Origin: Candidatus Latescibacterota bacterium
GTDB lineage: Bacteria > Latescibacterota > UBA2968 > UBA8231
Direction of reading: 5' to 3'
NCBI GenBank assembly: GCA_965217585.1
Contig: OZ244561.1
Location: 2,368,001-2,432,000 of the forward strand
DNA length: 64,000 nt
Under the pieces are notes generated by a model. It was given only the letters and a program-made list of their open reading frames with translations. It made no database searches and had not been told where the DNA came from. Of this stretch, positions 36,901 through 45,985 are shown in pieces (positions within the stretch are counted from its first letter, which is position 1; each line of letters starts with the position of its first letter). The position numbers were made by a program, and so were the translations under genes.

Positions 36901-37187
36901 GTGCTTATTTCCACCGAAAGCATGAAGCGCACGGCGCGGTGGCAGTGCTCGGGCAACTCTTGTTCGACGACGGCGCGGCGACCGGGTTCGAGTTGGTACA
37001 GCCCCTCTTCGGCTGGTTCGAGTTGCTCCGACAGCTCGGCGAACCACTCGGGATGCGTATAGTCTCCCGTTCCGACCACGTCAACGCCCTTGAGCGCCGA
37101 CCACTTGTGCAAGTTGGAAGGGTTGAGGTCGCGGCTCGTCGCTCGCGCAAAGCGCGAGTGCAAATGCACGTCGATTACGAACTGCAT
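33984..37187 (-). CDS. Endonuclease Q-like PHP domain fused to a UvrD/REP helicase
   Basis: DVHLHSRF, GTGD, SNSDAHS, GKYHYDGHRKC and CPVCG, then AGPGSGKT, DEFQD, GDPDQAIYSFRGA, TLHAAKGLEF and EERRLFYVGMTRA. Confidence 0.92.
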   Translation of the reverse strand: MQFVIDVHLHSRFARATSRDLNPSNLHKWSALKGVDVVGTGDYTHPEWFAELSEQLEPAEEGLYQLEPGRRAVVEQELPEHCHRAVRFMLSVEISTIYKKGDKTRKIHHVVILPTLESVARFNRRLGVIGNLKSDGRPILGLDSRDLLEICLEADENVLFVPAHIWTPHFAALGASSGFDSLEECYGDLLPHIFAVETGLSSDPPMNWRLSALDRYAIVSNSDAHSPQKLAREATCFDTECSYPGIYSALKDRDPARFLGTLEFYPEEGKYHYDGHRKCAVCYKPAQTLAAEGICPVCGRKLTVGVLHRVERLADRPEGFRPDIAPPYEYLIPLDEVIGAAIGVGPKSKKVRAVYDRLLAEIGPELDVLRRAGLAAIESCAGPLVAEGVRRMRCGEVDIYPGHDGEYGVISVFSEEERARLKGQGVLFDLGPAAAKTAEEVVPMPPRPASTAQAEQDADAPDAAQRQIEEAAGGPLVVVAGPGSGKTRVLTRRIARLVASGVDPGQIMAITFTRRAAGQMRQRLSALLGGESGLGAMQVGTFHRLALSLLRELDCEPKLVLDEVEARRVLEGALADAGLPGPVAGAGRAISLAKAAAQGPDEIAEEWRPHYDAYQAALHASRACDYDDILLDLLRLLEADAAVREQVRARFPYLLIDEFQDFNAAQYRLVLQLAGAGAGLMAIGDPDQAIYSFRGASPAYFVHLRDRFSDTRLFHLGANYRSQGHIVEAATAVVSHNPGREAIELAAVRPGKERIRLMEVQGETAEGIAVVREIARMVGGTDMVQTDAGAEGTRSFADFAVLFRTGQQGRALEECFRREGLPYRLVGHKGFLQAPAVRAALAFARYASISQEDVRRWQALEAMGTEPHILRQVRRGELSAAAQDRVEALEARIAEYRQWAAQEGAGTWVRRWQAEFGDPEDEDLEHLARVADAAGTLAQLLETVLLGAEADYEERGGPQGPEAVALMTLHAAKGLEFPVVFVCGVEDGLIPFRERDADLAEERRLFYVGMTRAEEELVLLRARSRQRYGERVQCALSPFVEEIPARLLAREDVAMPRRRGAEQLSLF

Positions 37188-37379
37188 GTTTGGTCTCTGC
37201 GTTGGAGGGGAAGAGGTCGCGAGGAATAGCGATCTGCTGATTGCCCGCGTTGCAGGGCCATAGTATACTAGAATATCCTATAGCCGACAGCCAGACTTAG
37301 CGAGACCTTCTGGCAGGGTATGATTTGATCCATCAGTGCGTCAACGAAACCGTCGCCTTGGCTGAGGGCGGAAGACCTC

Positions 37380-37439
37380 ATGAAGGTAGCGGACATCTTC
37401 GTCAACGACACTGAGACGATTGTGGAGGTAGCATTATGA
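37380..37439 (+). pseudogene. Possible 3'-terminal remnant of a site-specific DNA methyltransferase gene
   Basis: Reads MKVADIFVNDTETIVEVAL*, resembling the recalled 'KVVDIFGNDT' C-terminus of Mod-type methyltransferases. Its stop overlaps the next ATG. Confidence 0.4.
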
Positions 37440-38626
37440 GTGAGCCTATTTCCGTCAATTCCCAAGTCTTGCGCTGGGCGCGTACCAGCTTGGGTCTCTC
37501 GCAGGAAGAAGTGGCTCAGCGCATGAATAAGAAGGCCACAGAGGTTGATACTTGGGAACGCGGCGAGGCGTCTCCAACATATATTCAGTTGGAAAAGCTG
37601 GCATACAAAATCTATAAACGCCCGATCGCATTGTTCTTTTTTCCCGAGGTGCCGGAAGAGGAAATCATAGAGCAAGAATTTCGCACCTTGCCAGAGGACG
37701 AACTGCTGCGTATTCCGCCATGGATGCGTTACCTACTCCGCAAGGCAAGAGTACTACAACTCAATCTTGCCGAACTGTATGAGGGTGTCAATCCGGCAAA
37801 ACGCAGAATATTACACGATCTTGATTTTGCTCCCTCTGCTGCCGCTACCGATATGGCGGAGCAAGTCCGTACCTATTTGGGCATTGAACTCGCTCAACAA
37901 CAGACATGGAAAAATACAGAGGACGCTCTCAAGCATTGGCGGGAAATGTTGGAGGAATGCGGAGTTTTTGTTTTTAAAGACACCTTCAAGCCGCCTAGAA
38001 GAAGGGGGACAGGTACGGGCGATATTCCTTTTTCTGGTTTCTGCTTGTACGACCCATATTTTCCGATTATCTACGTCAATAACAACAACGCTAAATCCCG
38101 TCAGATTTTCACCTTGTTCCATGAACTAGCGCATCTCCTGATGCATACTGGCGGGATAGATACTCGACAGGACAACTACATTGAGCATATGACCGGCGAC
38201 AATAGGCGCATAGAAGTGCTCTGCAATCTGTTTGCCGCTGAGTTTCTGGTTCCCTCCTATGATTTCGAAGCGCGTTCGGCTGGTGTTTCTATTGACGATC
38301 ACGCTATTGAAAATTGGGCTAGTCTGTACTGCGTTAGTCGCGAAACCATCCTGCGTCGCCTGCTCGCCCAGGGACGAGTGCGTCAACAGGATTACGAACA
38401 GCAGGTAAAGCAATGGTCAAAGGATCAAACGGGAAGTGGAGACACGGGCGGTGATTACTATCGGACCAAGGGAGCGTATCTAGGTGAACGGTACATTGAA
38501 ATGGTGTTTAGCCATTATCACCAAGGGAATATTTCCGTGGAGCAAGCCGCTGACTATCTAGGTGCACGGACGAAGAATGTCCCTAGAATAGAAGAATGGC
38601 TCTTCAATCAGGGAACAAGGACATGA
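37436..38626 (+). CDS. XRE HTH + ImmA/IrrE metallopeptidase
   Basis: N-terminal HTH (LRWAR..LSQEEVA..WERGEASPT), RQIFTLFHELAH (HExxH) and EVLCNLFAAEFL. Confidence 0.92.
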   Translation: MSEPISVNSQVLRWARTSLGLSQEEVAQRMNKKATEVDTWERGEASPTYIQLEKLAYKIYKRPIALFFFPEVPEEEIIEQEFRTLPEDELLRIPPWMRYLLRKARVLQLNLAELYEGVNPAKRRILHDLDFAPSAAATDMAEQVRTYLGIELAQQQTWKNTEDALKHWREMLEECGVFVFKDTFKPPRRRGTGTGDIPFSGFCLYDPYFPIIYVNNNNAKSRQIFTLFHELAHLLMHTGGIDTRQDNYIEHMTGDNRRIEVLCNLFAAEFLVPSYDFEARSAGVSIDDHAIENWASLYCVSRETILRRLLAQGRVRQQDYEQQVKQWSKDQTGSGDTGGDYYRTKGAYLGERYIEMVFSHYHQGNISVEQAADYLGARTKNVPRIEEWLFNQGTRT

Positions 38627-38715
38627 CGGTCTATGTGTTCGATAGCGGCCCACTGATTGATCTTTTTCGCCACTATTACCGCGATCGTTTTCCCTCTTTG
38701 TGGGAAGCGCGTTAG
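38623..38715 (+). pseudogene. Truncated DUF4411/PIN-like gene (N-terminal 30 aa)
   Basis: MTVYVFDSGPLIDLFRHYYRDRFPSLWEAR* overlaps the ImmA gene stop. This is the position and N-terminal pattern of the usual DUF4411 partner. Confidence 0.6.
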
Positions 38716-38762
38716 TCGCGAAATCATACTGCTTCGCCTTCTTGACTAAGGATAATTTTGAT

Positions 38763-39890
38763 ATGTCTTTGACTTCGCATTTGAAATATACACATAGCCC
38801 GATTCGGAAATTTTTGCGTTTGACGTTTTCAAATCGCTCGTTTCTTAAAGATGCTAATAAGCTAATGCGGTCTGCATCTGTAGTACTGCCCTGTAATTCC
38901 AATTCTCTTGGGACTATTGGCCTCGCTCTAGATTATCGAATTCGATATTATTTTGCTAGGACACCGACTAGGGAGCTTTTTGCTTTTCATGGGCTACGGG
39001 GACTTTTATACTTAAATAGTGCTGGAGATAAAACCAAAGAAACTTACAAGAATTTTCTTGAAGGTCTTGATAACTTTATAGATTTCAATACCCCTGTTAA
39101 TAGGCGATTGTCGAAGACTGAAGAGGACGAGCTCAATCGTTATTGTTTTATTTTAGCTTTATTAGAAGAAGTATATAGGCTTGGTAAAATACATCCAAAT
39201 TCACTATTAGCAGGAGATTGTACTTCTGTCCAAGAATTACTTAATCTTGCTGATAATCAGAGTATCGTCGATTTGCGTACACTTTCCTACAAGTTTTATG
39301 ACAATTTCCAGCAGATGTTGACGCTTCCTCATATCCTCAATCCAACATTTGATGGATCGGCAGATGTTAGGGGAGCCGATGCAGACTTGATAGTTGACGG
39401 TACACTGATCGAGATCAAGACCACAAAAAGAAAAGATTTGAAAAGGGACTGGTTGTATCAGTTATTAGGATACGTTTTGCTTGATTATACGAATCGGTAT
39501 GATATACGACGTATTGCTTTTTACATGACTCGACAAGGAATCCTGATTGAATGGGATTTAGAAGACGCCATAAGTATTTTGTGCTCTGGTACTCGACCGA
39601 AGCTCAGTGAGTTGAGAAGTCAATTTCAAAAAATTGCACTAGCTTGGACCCACACCAACAGGGGAAGAGCCTACATACGTAAAGGGGAATATGACCGGGG
39701 TGTCGAGGAACTGAGTCAAGCTATCCAGCTTAACCCTGACTATGCCGCAGCCTACAAAATCAGGGGAGTAACCTACGGCTACAAAGGCGAGTATGACCGA
39801 GCTATTGAGGACTTGAATAAGGCGATCCGACTCAACCCTAACTATGCTGCAGCCTGCAACGGGTTAAAGAAAAAGTTATCATCCTATTGA
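38763..39890 (+). CDS. PD-(D/E)XK nuclease-like protein with C-terminal TPR repeats
   Basis: LNPTF...GADADLIVDGTLIEIKTT...YQLLGY, then two TPRs (RGRAYIRKGEYDRG..AIQLNP; RGVTYGYKGEYDRAIEDLNKAIRLNP). Visibly AT-rich. Confidence 0.8.
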   Translation: MSLTSHLKYTHSPIRKFLRLTFSNRSFLKDANKLMRSASVVLPCNSNSLGTIGLALDYRIRYYFARTPTRELFAFHGLRGLLYLNSAGDKTKETYKNFLEGLDNFIDFNTPVNRRLSKTEEDELNRYCFILALLEEVYRLGKIHPNSLLAGDCTSVQELLNLADNQSIVDLRTLSYKFYDNFQQMLTLPHILNPTFDGSADVRGADADLIVDGTLIEIKTTKRKDLKRDWLYQLLGYVLLDYTNRYDIRRIAFYMTRQGILIEWDLEDAISILCSGTRPKLSELRSQFQKIALAWTHTNRGRAYIRKGEYDRGVEELSQAIQLNPDYAAAYKIRGVTYGYKGEYDRAIEDLNKAIRLNPNYAAACNGLKKKLSSY

Positions 39891-40035
39891 ACGGTGTGCT
39901 TAACCATCTCTCTGAAGTAGAAAACTTACCGCCAAAACCCACCCAAAACACCTGCATCACCCTTGTCAAGGCGACCTTCATCCAGTACGCCACTCTGTCA
40001 ATCTGTGGAATCTGTAGGGGCAACCCCTGCCCTGC

Positions 40036-40932
40036 CTAATCCCGCCCGATCCAGTTGGCAACCACAATGCCCAACGCCACCAACCCCATGCTGGCCAGCA
40101 GATAGGGCGATATGGCCTCGTCCAAGAGCGCGGCACTCAACAGCACGCCCACCACTGGGGTGACAAAGCTGAAGCCCCCCAATCGCCCTGGCGAGTGATG
40201 TCGGAGCAAAAAGACTAGGATGATAAAGCACAGCCCGGCGACGGCGATGCCCTGGTAGAGTACGCCGGCGACGACCGGGCCGGTTAGGACGTACTCGGCC
40301 TCGGATTCTAAGAGCGCGCTCCAAGCGGCGAACAGCGGCAGGCTCAATATGGCCTGCCAGAACAGTACTTGATAGGGATTAAGCCCCTGCACCAACCGCT
40401 TAATCACCACCTGCCGCAAACCCAACAACAAGCCGCTAGCGGCCACCATCGCGTCCCCAAGCAGGTACTGAGTGTCGGCCAGCGCAAGCGACTCCCAAAA
40501 CAACAGCATCACACCGGCAAACGAAATGGCCAAACCGAACCACCGACCCAAGCCCAAGCGGTCGCCGACGAGCAAGTGCGCGAAGAGTGCCGTGGAGAAA
40601 GGATAGATATTGACCACCACCCCCGAGCGGCTAGCCGTGGTGTATTGAGTGCCCGCGTTCAGCAGCCATATTTGCAGCGCGAACAGCAGCGCCAAGCCGC
40701 CCAGCCCCTTCCATTCGCCGGGGGGTATGCGCAGCCGAATACCAGCAAAAAGTGCCCCGACCCATACGGTCAGAGCACCTAGTGCGAAGCGCAAGCCAGC
40801 CATTGCCGCGGGCGGCACCCCGTCGAGACCCATCTTGATCGCCACCGGATTGCCGCCCCACAACACGGCGGTCACAAGGGCTAGGGTCCCGGCCTTTAGC
40901 CCGATGGCCTCATTGCGGATTTCGGCGGCCAA
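40036..40932 (-). CDS. EamA/DMT family transporter
   Basis: About 10 TM helices; LWGGN..AIK, GLRF and TPVVGV motifs. Confidence 0.9.
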   Translation of the reverse strand: MAAEIRNEAIGLKAGTLALVTAVLWGGNPVAIKMGLDGVPPAAMAGLRFALGALTVWVGALFAGIRLRIPPGEWKGLGGLALLFALQIWLLNAGTQYTTASRSGVVVNIYPFSTALFAHLLVGDRLGLGRWFGLAISFAGVMLLFWESLALADTQYLLGDAMVAASGLLLGLRQVVIKRLVQGLNPYQVLFWQAILSLPLFAAWSALLESEAEYVLTGPVVAGVLYQGIAVAGLCFIILVFLLRHHSPGRLGGFSFVTPVVGVLLSAALLDEAISPYLLASMGLVALGIVVANWIGRD

Positions 40933-40933
40933 T

Positions 40934-41575
40934 TTACTCGATGATCTCTGCCTTGGCGATATAGTCTAGGTTGGGAAAGTTTTCTTCGAGATAGGCTTTG
41001 CCGCGCCCGGCGATCTTTCCTTGGGAAGGCTGCTGGCCGTACTCGGCATTGATCGCATCGACCACCTCCATGCCTTCTACTACTTCGCCGAAGGGCGCAA
41101 ACCCCATGCCGTCGAGATTGGCGTTATCTCCTAGGTTGATAAAGAGCTGGGTCGTGCGCGTATTGGGCTGGTTGGTTTTGGCGTACGTGATCCGTCCGCG
41201 CGTATTACTCTGCTTGACGGGGTCGTCGAGGATATGGGCCCGATGCCAGGCCATGTTCAGCTCTGGATTGCCGCTCAGGCCCCACTGCACCACAAAGTTA
41301 GATACCACGCGGAAGAAGCGCTGCTCGTCGTAGAAACCGTTGCGGACCAAGTTGTAGAAGCGGTCGGCACCGCGCGGTGACCAATCGCGCGTCACTTGGA
41401 TGACCACCGGGCCGGCGCTGGTCTCTAAGCGCACTGAGAATTCGTCGGGTGCCTGCTCGTTTAAGGCTTCGCCTGCAGGATCCATTAAGATCTCCTTGAT
41501 TGCTTCCCCACCTTGGTCGCCGGTTCCACAGCCGAAAGCCCAAAGTGCGATGATTAGTAGTGTGATCCGCTTCAT
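40934..41575 (-). CDS. Cyclophilin-type peptidyl-prolyl isomerase, probable lipoprotein
   Basis: MKRITLLIIALWAFGC lipobox-like signal; FFRVV, TTQLFIN and FAPFGEVVEGM. Confidence 0.9.
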   Translation of the reverse strand: MKRITLLIIALWAFGCGTGDQGGEAIKEILMDPAGEALNEQAPDEFSVRLETSAGPVVIQVTRDWSPRGADRFYNLVRNGFYDEQRFFRVVSNFVVQWGLSGNPELNMAWHRAHILDDPVKQSNTRGRITYAKTNQPNTRTTQLFINLGDNANLDGMGFAPFGEVVEGMEVVDAINAEYGQQPSQGKIAGRGKAYLEENFPNLDYIAKAEIIE

Positions 41576-41613
41576 TTTTAATGCCTTTTGCTTGGTGTGT
41601 TTGTTGATCACCG

Positions 41614-43851
41614 CTACAGCCCTCTCACGGCTGCGACGAGCGCCTCGGTCGTAATGCCGAAGTGCGCCCACGTCTCTAGATGGCCTTCTGACGGGGCCGT
41701 CGTCGGGTCGGTAATGCCGATGTGCGCCGCCGGGATTCCCAAGTCGCTAGCGGCACCCGCCACTAGCCCAGCGAAACCGCGCACGCCGGCGTTGGCTGCG
41801 CCGATCAGGCCGTCTTCTATGGTTACCACGCCCTTGGGATAGCGACCCACTAGCTCTTCTAAAGCAGCGGCAGGTAGCGGCAGCCCGTTGATTATATGCG
41901 CATCCACCGCGCCTTCGAGTTGTTCGACCGCCTCGCCAGCGAGAAAAGCCGGCGCGCCAAAAGCCAAGATCGCCCGCTCGGCTCCGGAGTATGTGCGATA
42001 GACCGTCACCGGCTCCCAAGCGTCGCCCGGCTCCCACAGCGGCCCCAAGCCGTCTTGCTTTGCGAGGATGGGCAGGGAGTCACGCGGGATGCCGATGATG
42101 TGCCCTCCGTAGTGCGCCGCCATATCGCAGACGGCCAAAAACGCCGCCCGCGCATCGGCTGGCGCATAGAAGCGATGCAGATAGGGCAAATAGCTCAAGC
42201 CGACGTTGATCCACTCCAAGCCCCAACCCGAAAAGTGATCGCGCCCGGTGCAGGCCCCCACGTGCGAGACGTGGAAGGCGACGTTGAGGCCCTCGTTGAC
42301 GCCGGTGAGGTTGCGCTGATAACGCCAGACATCAAAGCCCTCGCGGGCGATGCCCTCGTAAAAGGCGGCAAACGTCGATACCACATTGAGCTGCGGACCC
42401 GACCCGCTCATCGCCAACCCATCGGTAATCAGACAAGCGGCTTGCTCCTCAATGCTCATCTCGAATTGGTGCTCGGCGGCCAAGAAACCGCGCGCCTTCG
42501 CCAGTTTGGTCGAGGGATCGAGGTCGCAGCTAACGACGAAGACGTCGTCGGGAAAATGCGCGGCCACCGCTGCGTACGCAGCCTCGGACCCGGCGCGCGG
42601 GCTTTCGCTAGTACCCACCGCGGGCAGGCTGACCTCTTCCTTGATGCTTTCGGGTAGGACCAAGTTGCGGCTGCCGGGGGCAGGCCTCGCTCGGGTTTCG
42701 ACTTGGCGCTTCTCGTCTTGGCGCAGCGTCGCTAGGGCTTGGGATGCCGCCGCTATTTTTTGGAACATGGGGTTGCTCAGCACTTGCGCGGCGTCGCGGC
42801 CCTTCATGTGGCCGTCGTGATGCCCTTCCCCGCCGGGTAGCTTGTTGACCAAGAAGATGCACTCGAGCATCGGCACTACGTCGCGGTAGCTCATCAGCGA
42901 GCCGGGGACCCAGATGCGGGTGCTGAGATCAACGCCGTGCTCGGCGGCAAACGTTGCGACCTCGGAACCGATGCCCAAGCGCTCGCCAAAGTCGCCGAGG
43001 TTCTCGTGCGTTCCCGTGGGATAGATCAGCGTCGGCTGACCCTGCTGCGCCAGTTTGTAGCCTTCGAGATAGGTTTCGTAGAGCGCCGCAGCGTCGTGCA
43101 GGGTCTCGATCTCGATGACTTCCACGCCCATCGCCGCGACAATCGGGCGCGGATCCTTGTCCATAATGCCCTCGGTAGCGCCCGAAAGCTGGATGCCGTT
43201 GCGGTGCATGACGAAGGTGATCGGCGCCCCGTGTACGGCTGCGCCGTTGAAGCCGTTGAGCGCTTGGCCCGAGATGTAGCCAGCGTCGCCACAGTGGCAG
43301 ATGACCCAGCTACCCTCGCCGAGCTTGGCTCGCTTGCCGAGGGCTTGGCCCACGGCCACCGGGATCATCACCCCCAAGCGCCCGCCGTTGAGTTGGGTGC
43401 CGCCTGGCAGCCAAGACACGTGCCCGGGAACGTCGAGCCCGCGGCGAAAACCCTCGACGACAATCTCCTCATCGACAAAGCCCAGCGCCGCCAATGCCGC
43501 GTAGTAGCCCACGGAGGTGTGGGCGTGTTCGATGGTGTATTCGATGCGCTCGTAGTCGGTGATCGCCAAGGTCAGCAACAGCGGCGGAATCAGCTCTAGA
43601 CCACCGCCGAGGTGATCCAGTTCGCCGAGCTTGGCCAGCGAGGCCAGCGAGCGAATCGCGACTTCGGCTGCTTCGATCTGCAAGCCCTCCAAGGCTGTGA
43701 TTTGCTCTTGGTGCAGCGCTTGTTGTTTGCCGATATCCACGGTGAGCGGCAAGACCTCGGAATGCACCTTCTCGCCTAGGTAGCGCACTCCGCCCAACAG
43801 CTCTTTGTTGCGCTGCCGCTGGCCTGCTTGCGCCGCTTCAATCCCCCGCAT
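41614..43851 (-). CDS. Divergent transketolase-like TPP enzyme
   Basis: HLGG, PGHVS, GRLG, GDAG...HRNG TPP motif, DLDPST, SIEEQ and STFAAF. Confidence 0.8.
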   Translation of the reverse strand: MRGIEAAQAGQRQRNKELLGGVRYLGEKVHSEVLPLTVDIGKQQALHQEQITALEGLQIEAAEVAIRSLASLAKLGELDHLGGGLELIPPLLLTLAITDYERIEYTIEHAHTSVGYYAALAALGFVDEEIVVEGFRRGLDVPGHVSWLPGGTQLNGGRLGVMIPVAVGQALGKRAKLGEGSWVICHCGDAGYISGQALNGFNGAAVHGAPITFVMHRNGIQLSGATEGIMDKDPRPIVAAMGVEVIEIETLHDAAALYETYLEGYKLAQQGQPTLIYPTGTHENLGDFGERLGIGSEVATFAAEHGVDLSTRIWVPGSLMSYRDVVPMLECIFLVNKLPGGEGHHDGHMKGRDAAQVLSNPMFQKIAAASQALATLRQDEKRQVETRARPAPGSRNLVLPESIKEEVSLPAVGTSESPRAGSEAAYAAVAAHFPDDVFVVSCDLDPSTKLAKARGFLAAEHQFEMSIEEQAACLITDGLAMSGSGPQLNVVSTFAAFYEGIAREGFDVWRYQRNLTGVNEGLNVAFHVSHVGACTGRDHFSGWGLEWINVGLSYLPYLHRFYAPADARAAFLAVCDMAAHYGGHIIGIPRDSLPILAKQDGLGPLWEPGDAWEPVTVYRTYSGAERAILAFGAPAFLAGEAVEQLEGAVDAHIINGLPLPAAALEELVGRYPKGVVTIEDGLIGAANAGVRGFAGLVAGAASDLGIPAAHIGITDPTTAPSEGHLETWAHFGITTEALVAAVRGL

Positions 43852-43929
43852 GTAAAACTCCCCTAAGTGGGTATTTTCAGTTGAATAAAGAACCGTAAAA
43901 AGTATAAACCCAGCACCGAATGCGGGCAA

Positions 43930-44940
43930 TTAACGCGGCTTGAACTGCACTGCCAATTTCTCTGCCCACGTCTTGTTCGCGTCGATCGTGCGCCCGGCGT
44001 TGTGCGGCGTATGCACCACGTTATGCCGTCCCAGCAGCGGATCGTCTAGGGGCAGCGGCTCTTGGTCCCACACATCCGCCGCTAGGCTCAGTTCGTCGGC
44101 CATCACTCGTCGCCGGATTGCGTCGGTATCGCAGATTTTGGCTCTGGTCACCAGCACCACTAGACAGCCCTTGGGCAGCGCGTCGATGTGCCCAGCCTCG
44201 ACTAAGCCGCGCGTCGATTCCGTGAGTGGCACCATGGGCGCAAACACTTCGGCATCGGCGACTAGCTGCTCCAAATGGTATTCGCGGCGCGACCCGGCCC
44301 GGTGAAAGCATGGCTCCGTGGCAAACGGATCCCAAGCCGCTACATCGGCTCCCAGCATCGCGGCGAAGCTGGCATAGCGGCTGGCGATATTGCCGGCCCC
44401 GACGATCCGCACCCGCTTGCCGCACAGCGTACCACTGGCAAAGGCCGGGTCGTCGCCAAACTGGTGCCCGCGCGCCCCGGGCCGACCCTGGCCCCCGGGC
44501 GGCTCGTAGTTCCAAGGTGCTTGGCTTTGGATGATCTCGCGGTGCAACTGCGGAATCCGCCGCAGGCCGCACAGCGTCAAGGCCAACCCAAATTCCGCCA
44601 CGGTCTGCGACCAAAACCCCTCGCTCGGATGGTCGTAAACAGCGACGCCGGCCTCGGCTAGATACTCGTTACAGCCCCCGCCTAGCCGCCGGCCATAAGA
44701 CCCTTGAAAGGTCGCTTCCTGCAATCCGCTGAAACGCTGTAGGCACGTCAGGCTCACTGGCACCCCTAGCATAGCCAACCGCGTCACGCGGCTCGGATCC
44801 TCGGTCACCTCGCCCAAGGGCCGCTCGTCTCCGTGCACTAGGCGCACAAAGCCCGCTTCGGGCCACAGGGTGCGGAAGTGGTCGGCGGCAAAGGGCCAAA
44901 CCCCGTCAAAATCTGGATGAACGACGATCAAATCGCCCAT
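43930..44940 (-). CDS. D-isomer-specific 2-hydroxyacid dehydrogenase family protein
   Basis: VGAGNIA, PLTEST, DVWDQEP and TPHNAG motifs. AGGAGG RBS. Confidence 0.88.
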   Translation of the reverse strand: MGDLIVVHPDFDGVWPFAADHFRTLWPEAGFVRLVHGDERPLGEVTEDPSRVTRLAMLGVPVSLTCLQRFSGLQEATFQGSYGRRLGGGCNEYLAEAGVAVYDHPSEGFWSQTVAEFGLALTLCGLRRIPQLHREIIQSQAPWNYEPPGGQGRPGARGHQFGDDPAFASGTLCGKRVRIVGAGNIASRYASFAAMLGADVAAWDPFATEPCFHRAGSRREYHLEQLVADAEVFAPMVPLTESTRGLVEAGHIDALPKGCLVVLVTRAKICDTDAIRRRVMADELSLAADVWDQEPLPLDDPLLGRHNVVHTPHNAGRTIDANKTWAEKLAVQFKPR

Positions 44941-44941
44941 G

Positions 44942-45823
44942 TTATTCGTCCTCCTGACAAAAAAACGGCTGCGTCCAAGCAAAGGCCTCTCCGGCGCCCC
45001 AACACTCAAAGCGCACGTATCCCGCCTGTGCCGGCACTTCCACCTCAATTTCCCGCCCATCGGCCACGGCTATCCGCTTCGCGCCGGCGCGCAAGGCCAC
45101 GATCCGCGCCGCATTCTCCGTCTCAATCCAAATCCTGTTTCCCTCAACTTGGACCTGGTTGATCTCGACTCCCGTCGAGGCGTAAAACCGACCGGCGCGC
45201 AGGGCCTCCATCACGCCGCTGGCGGTCTCCTCCTCCACATAGGCCACATTCCACCCCAACCCCACATCGCCTTTCGCCGCGTGGCTGTCGTCGTTGGCAA
45301 ATCCCCACAGGCGTCTTCCCGCGCTCAGCAGCATGTCCCAGCGATTCGTCGCGTAGGGGCTGCCGTCCAAGCGGCTGATCACGCCGTTGTATATCTCCAA
45401 GCCCACATAGCCCTCACAGGCTTGCAAAAGCTCCTGCGGACAGTGGTTGAAGTTGCCGTGCCAGTTGGGATGGTTGAACAGGGCAAAACCACCGCCCGAT
45501 TCGTTGACCTCGTCAATTACTCGTTGCCGGTCCACATGCGGCGCGACCCACGTTGCGTCCCCCACGTGCAAAACGTGCGGGCCGTTGGCGGAAATCTCAT
45601 TGCCCGGCACCAAGATCATCCCTTGGGCGTCGTATTGCTCGTAGTCTGCCAAGGACGTATAGATGTCGTGATCAGTGATCGCCAAAAAGCCGTAGCCGCG
45701 GCCCGCGTAATCGTCGATTACCGCTTGGTGATCGCGTTCGCCGTCGCTGGCGGTCGTGTGCGTGTGCAGGTTGCCGACTAGCCAGCGTCCTCCGCTCAAA
45801 TTCTGATAGGGATGTTCGATCAT
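44942..45823 (-). CDS. CehA/McbA-like PHP-domain metallohydrolase
   Basis: GNLHTHTTASDG, ITDHD, NHP and NDDSH motifs. Confidence 0.85.
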   Translation of the reverse strand: MIEHPYQNLSGGRWLVGNLHTHTTASDGERDHQAVIDDYAGRGYGFLAITDHDIYTSLADYEQYDAQGMILVPGNEISANGPHVLHVGDATWVAPHVDRQRVIDEVNESGGGFALFNHPNWHGNFNHCPQELLQACEGYVGLEIYNGVISRLDGSPYATNRWDMLLSAGRRLWGFANDDSHAAKGDVGLGWNVAYVEEETASGVMEALRAGRFYASTGVEINQVQVEGNRIWIETENAARIVALRAGAKRIAVADGREIEVEVPAQAGYVRFECWGAGEAFAWTQPFFCQEDE

Positions 45824-45985
45824 CAGATTCTCCTCTGTTGGAAAGTGTCTCAAGATATGGGAGCACCCTGCGGGCGACAAGGGAAGAGTACCGCCGGGGC
45901 AGTGTTGACGCAAAAAGTAAGTGGCCCTTTAATACAGGCCCGTGAAGAAATAAACTTTAAGCACACATGATAGAATAGGTTCCCG

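Noticed and set aside
37268-37675. 135-aa minus-strand ORF
   Set aside because: It is antisense to the XRE-ImmA gene and has no recognisable motif.
39890-40035. Possible IS end or small ORF after the nuclease gene
   Set aside because: No terminal inverted repeats, target duplication or transposase motif could be identified.
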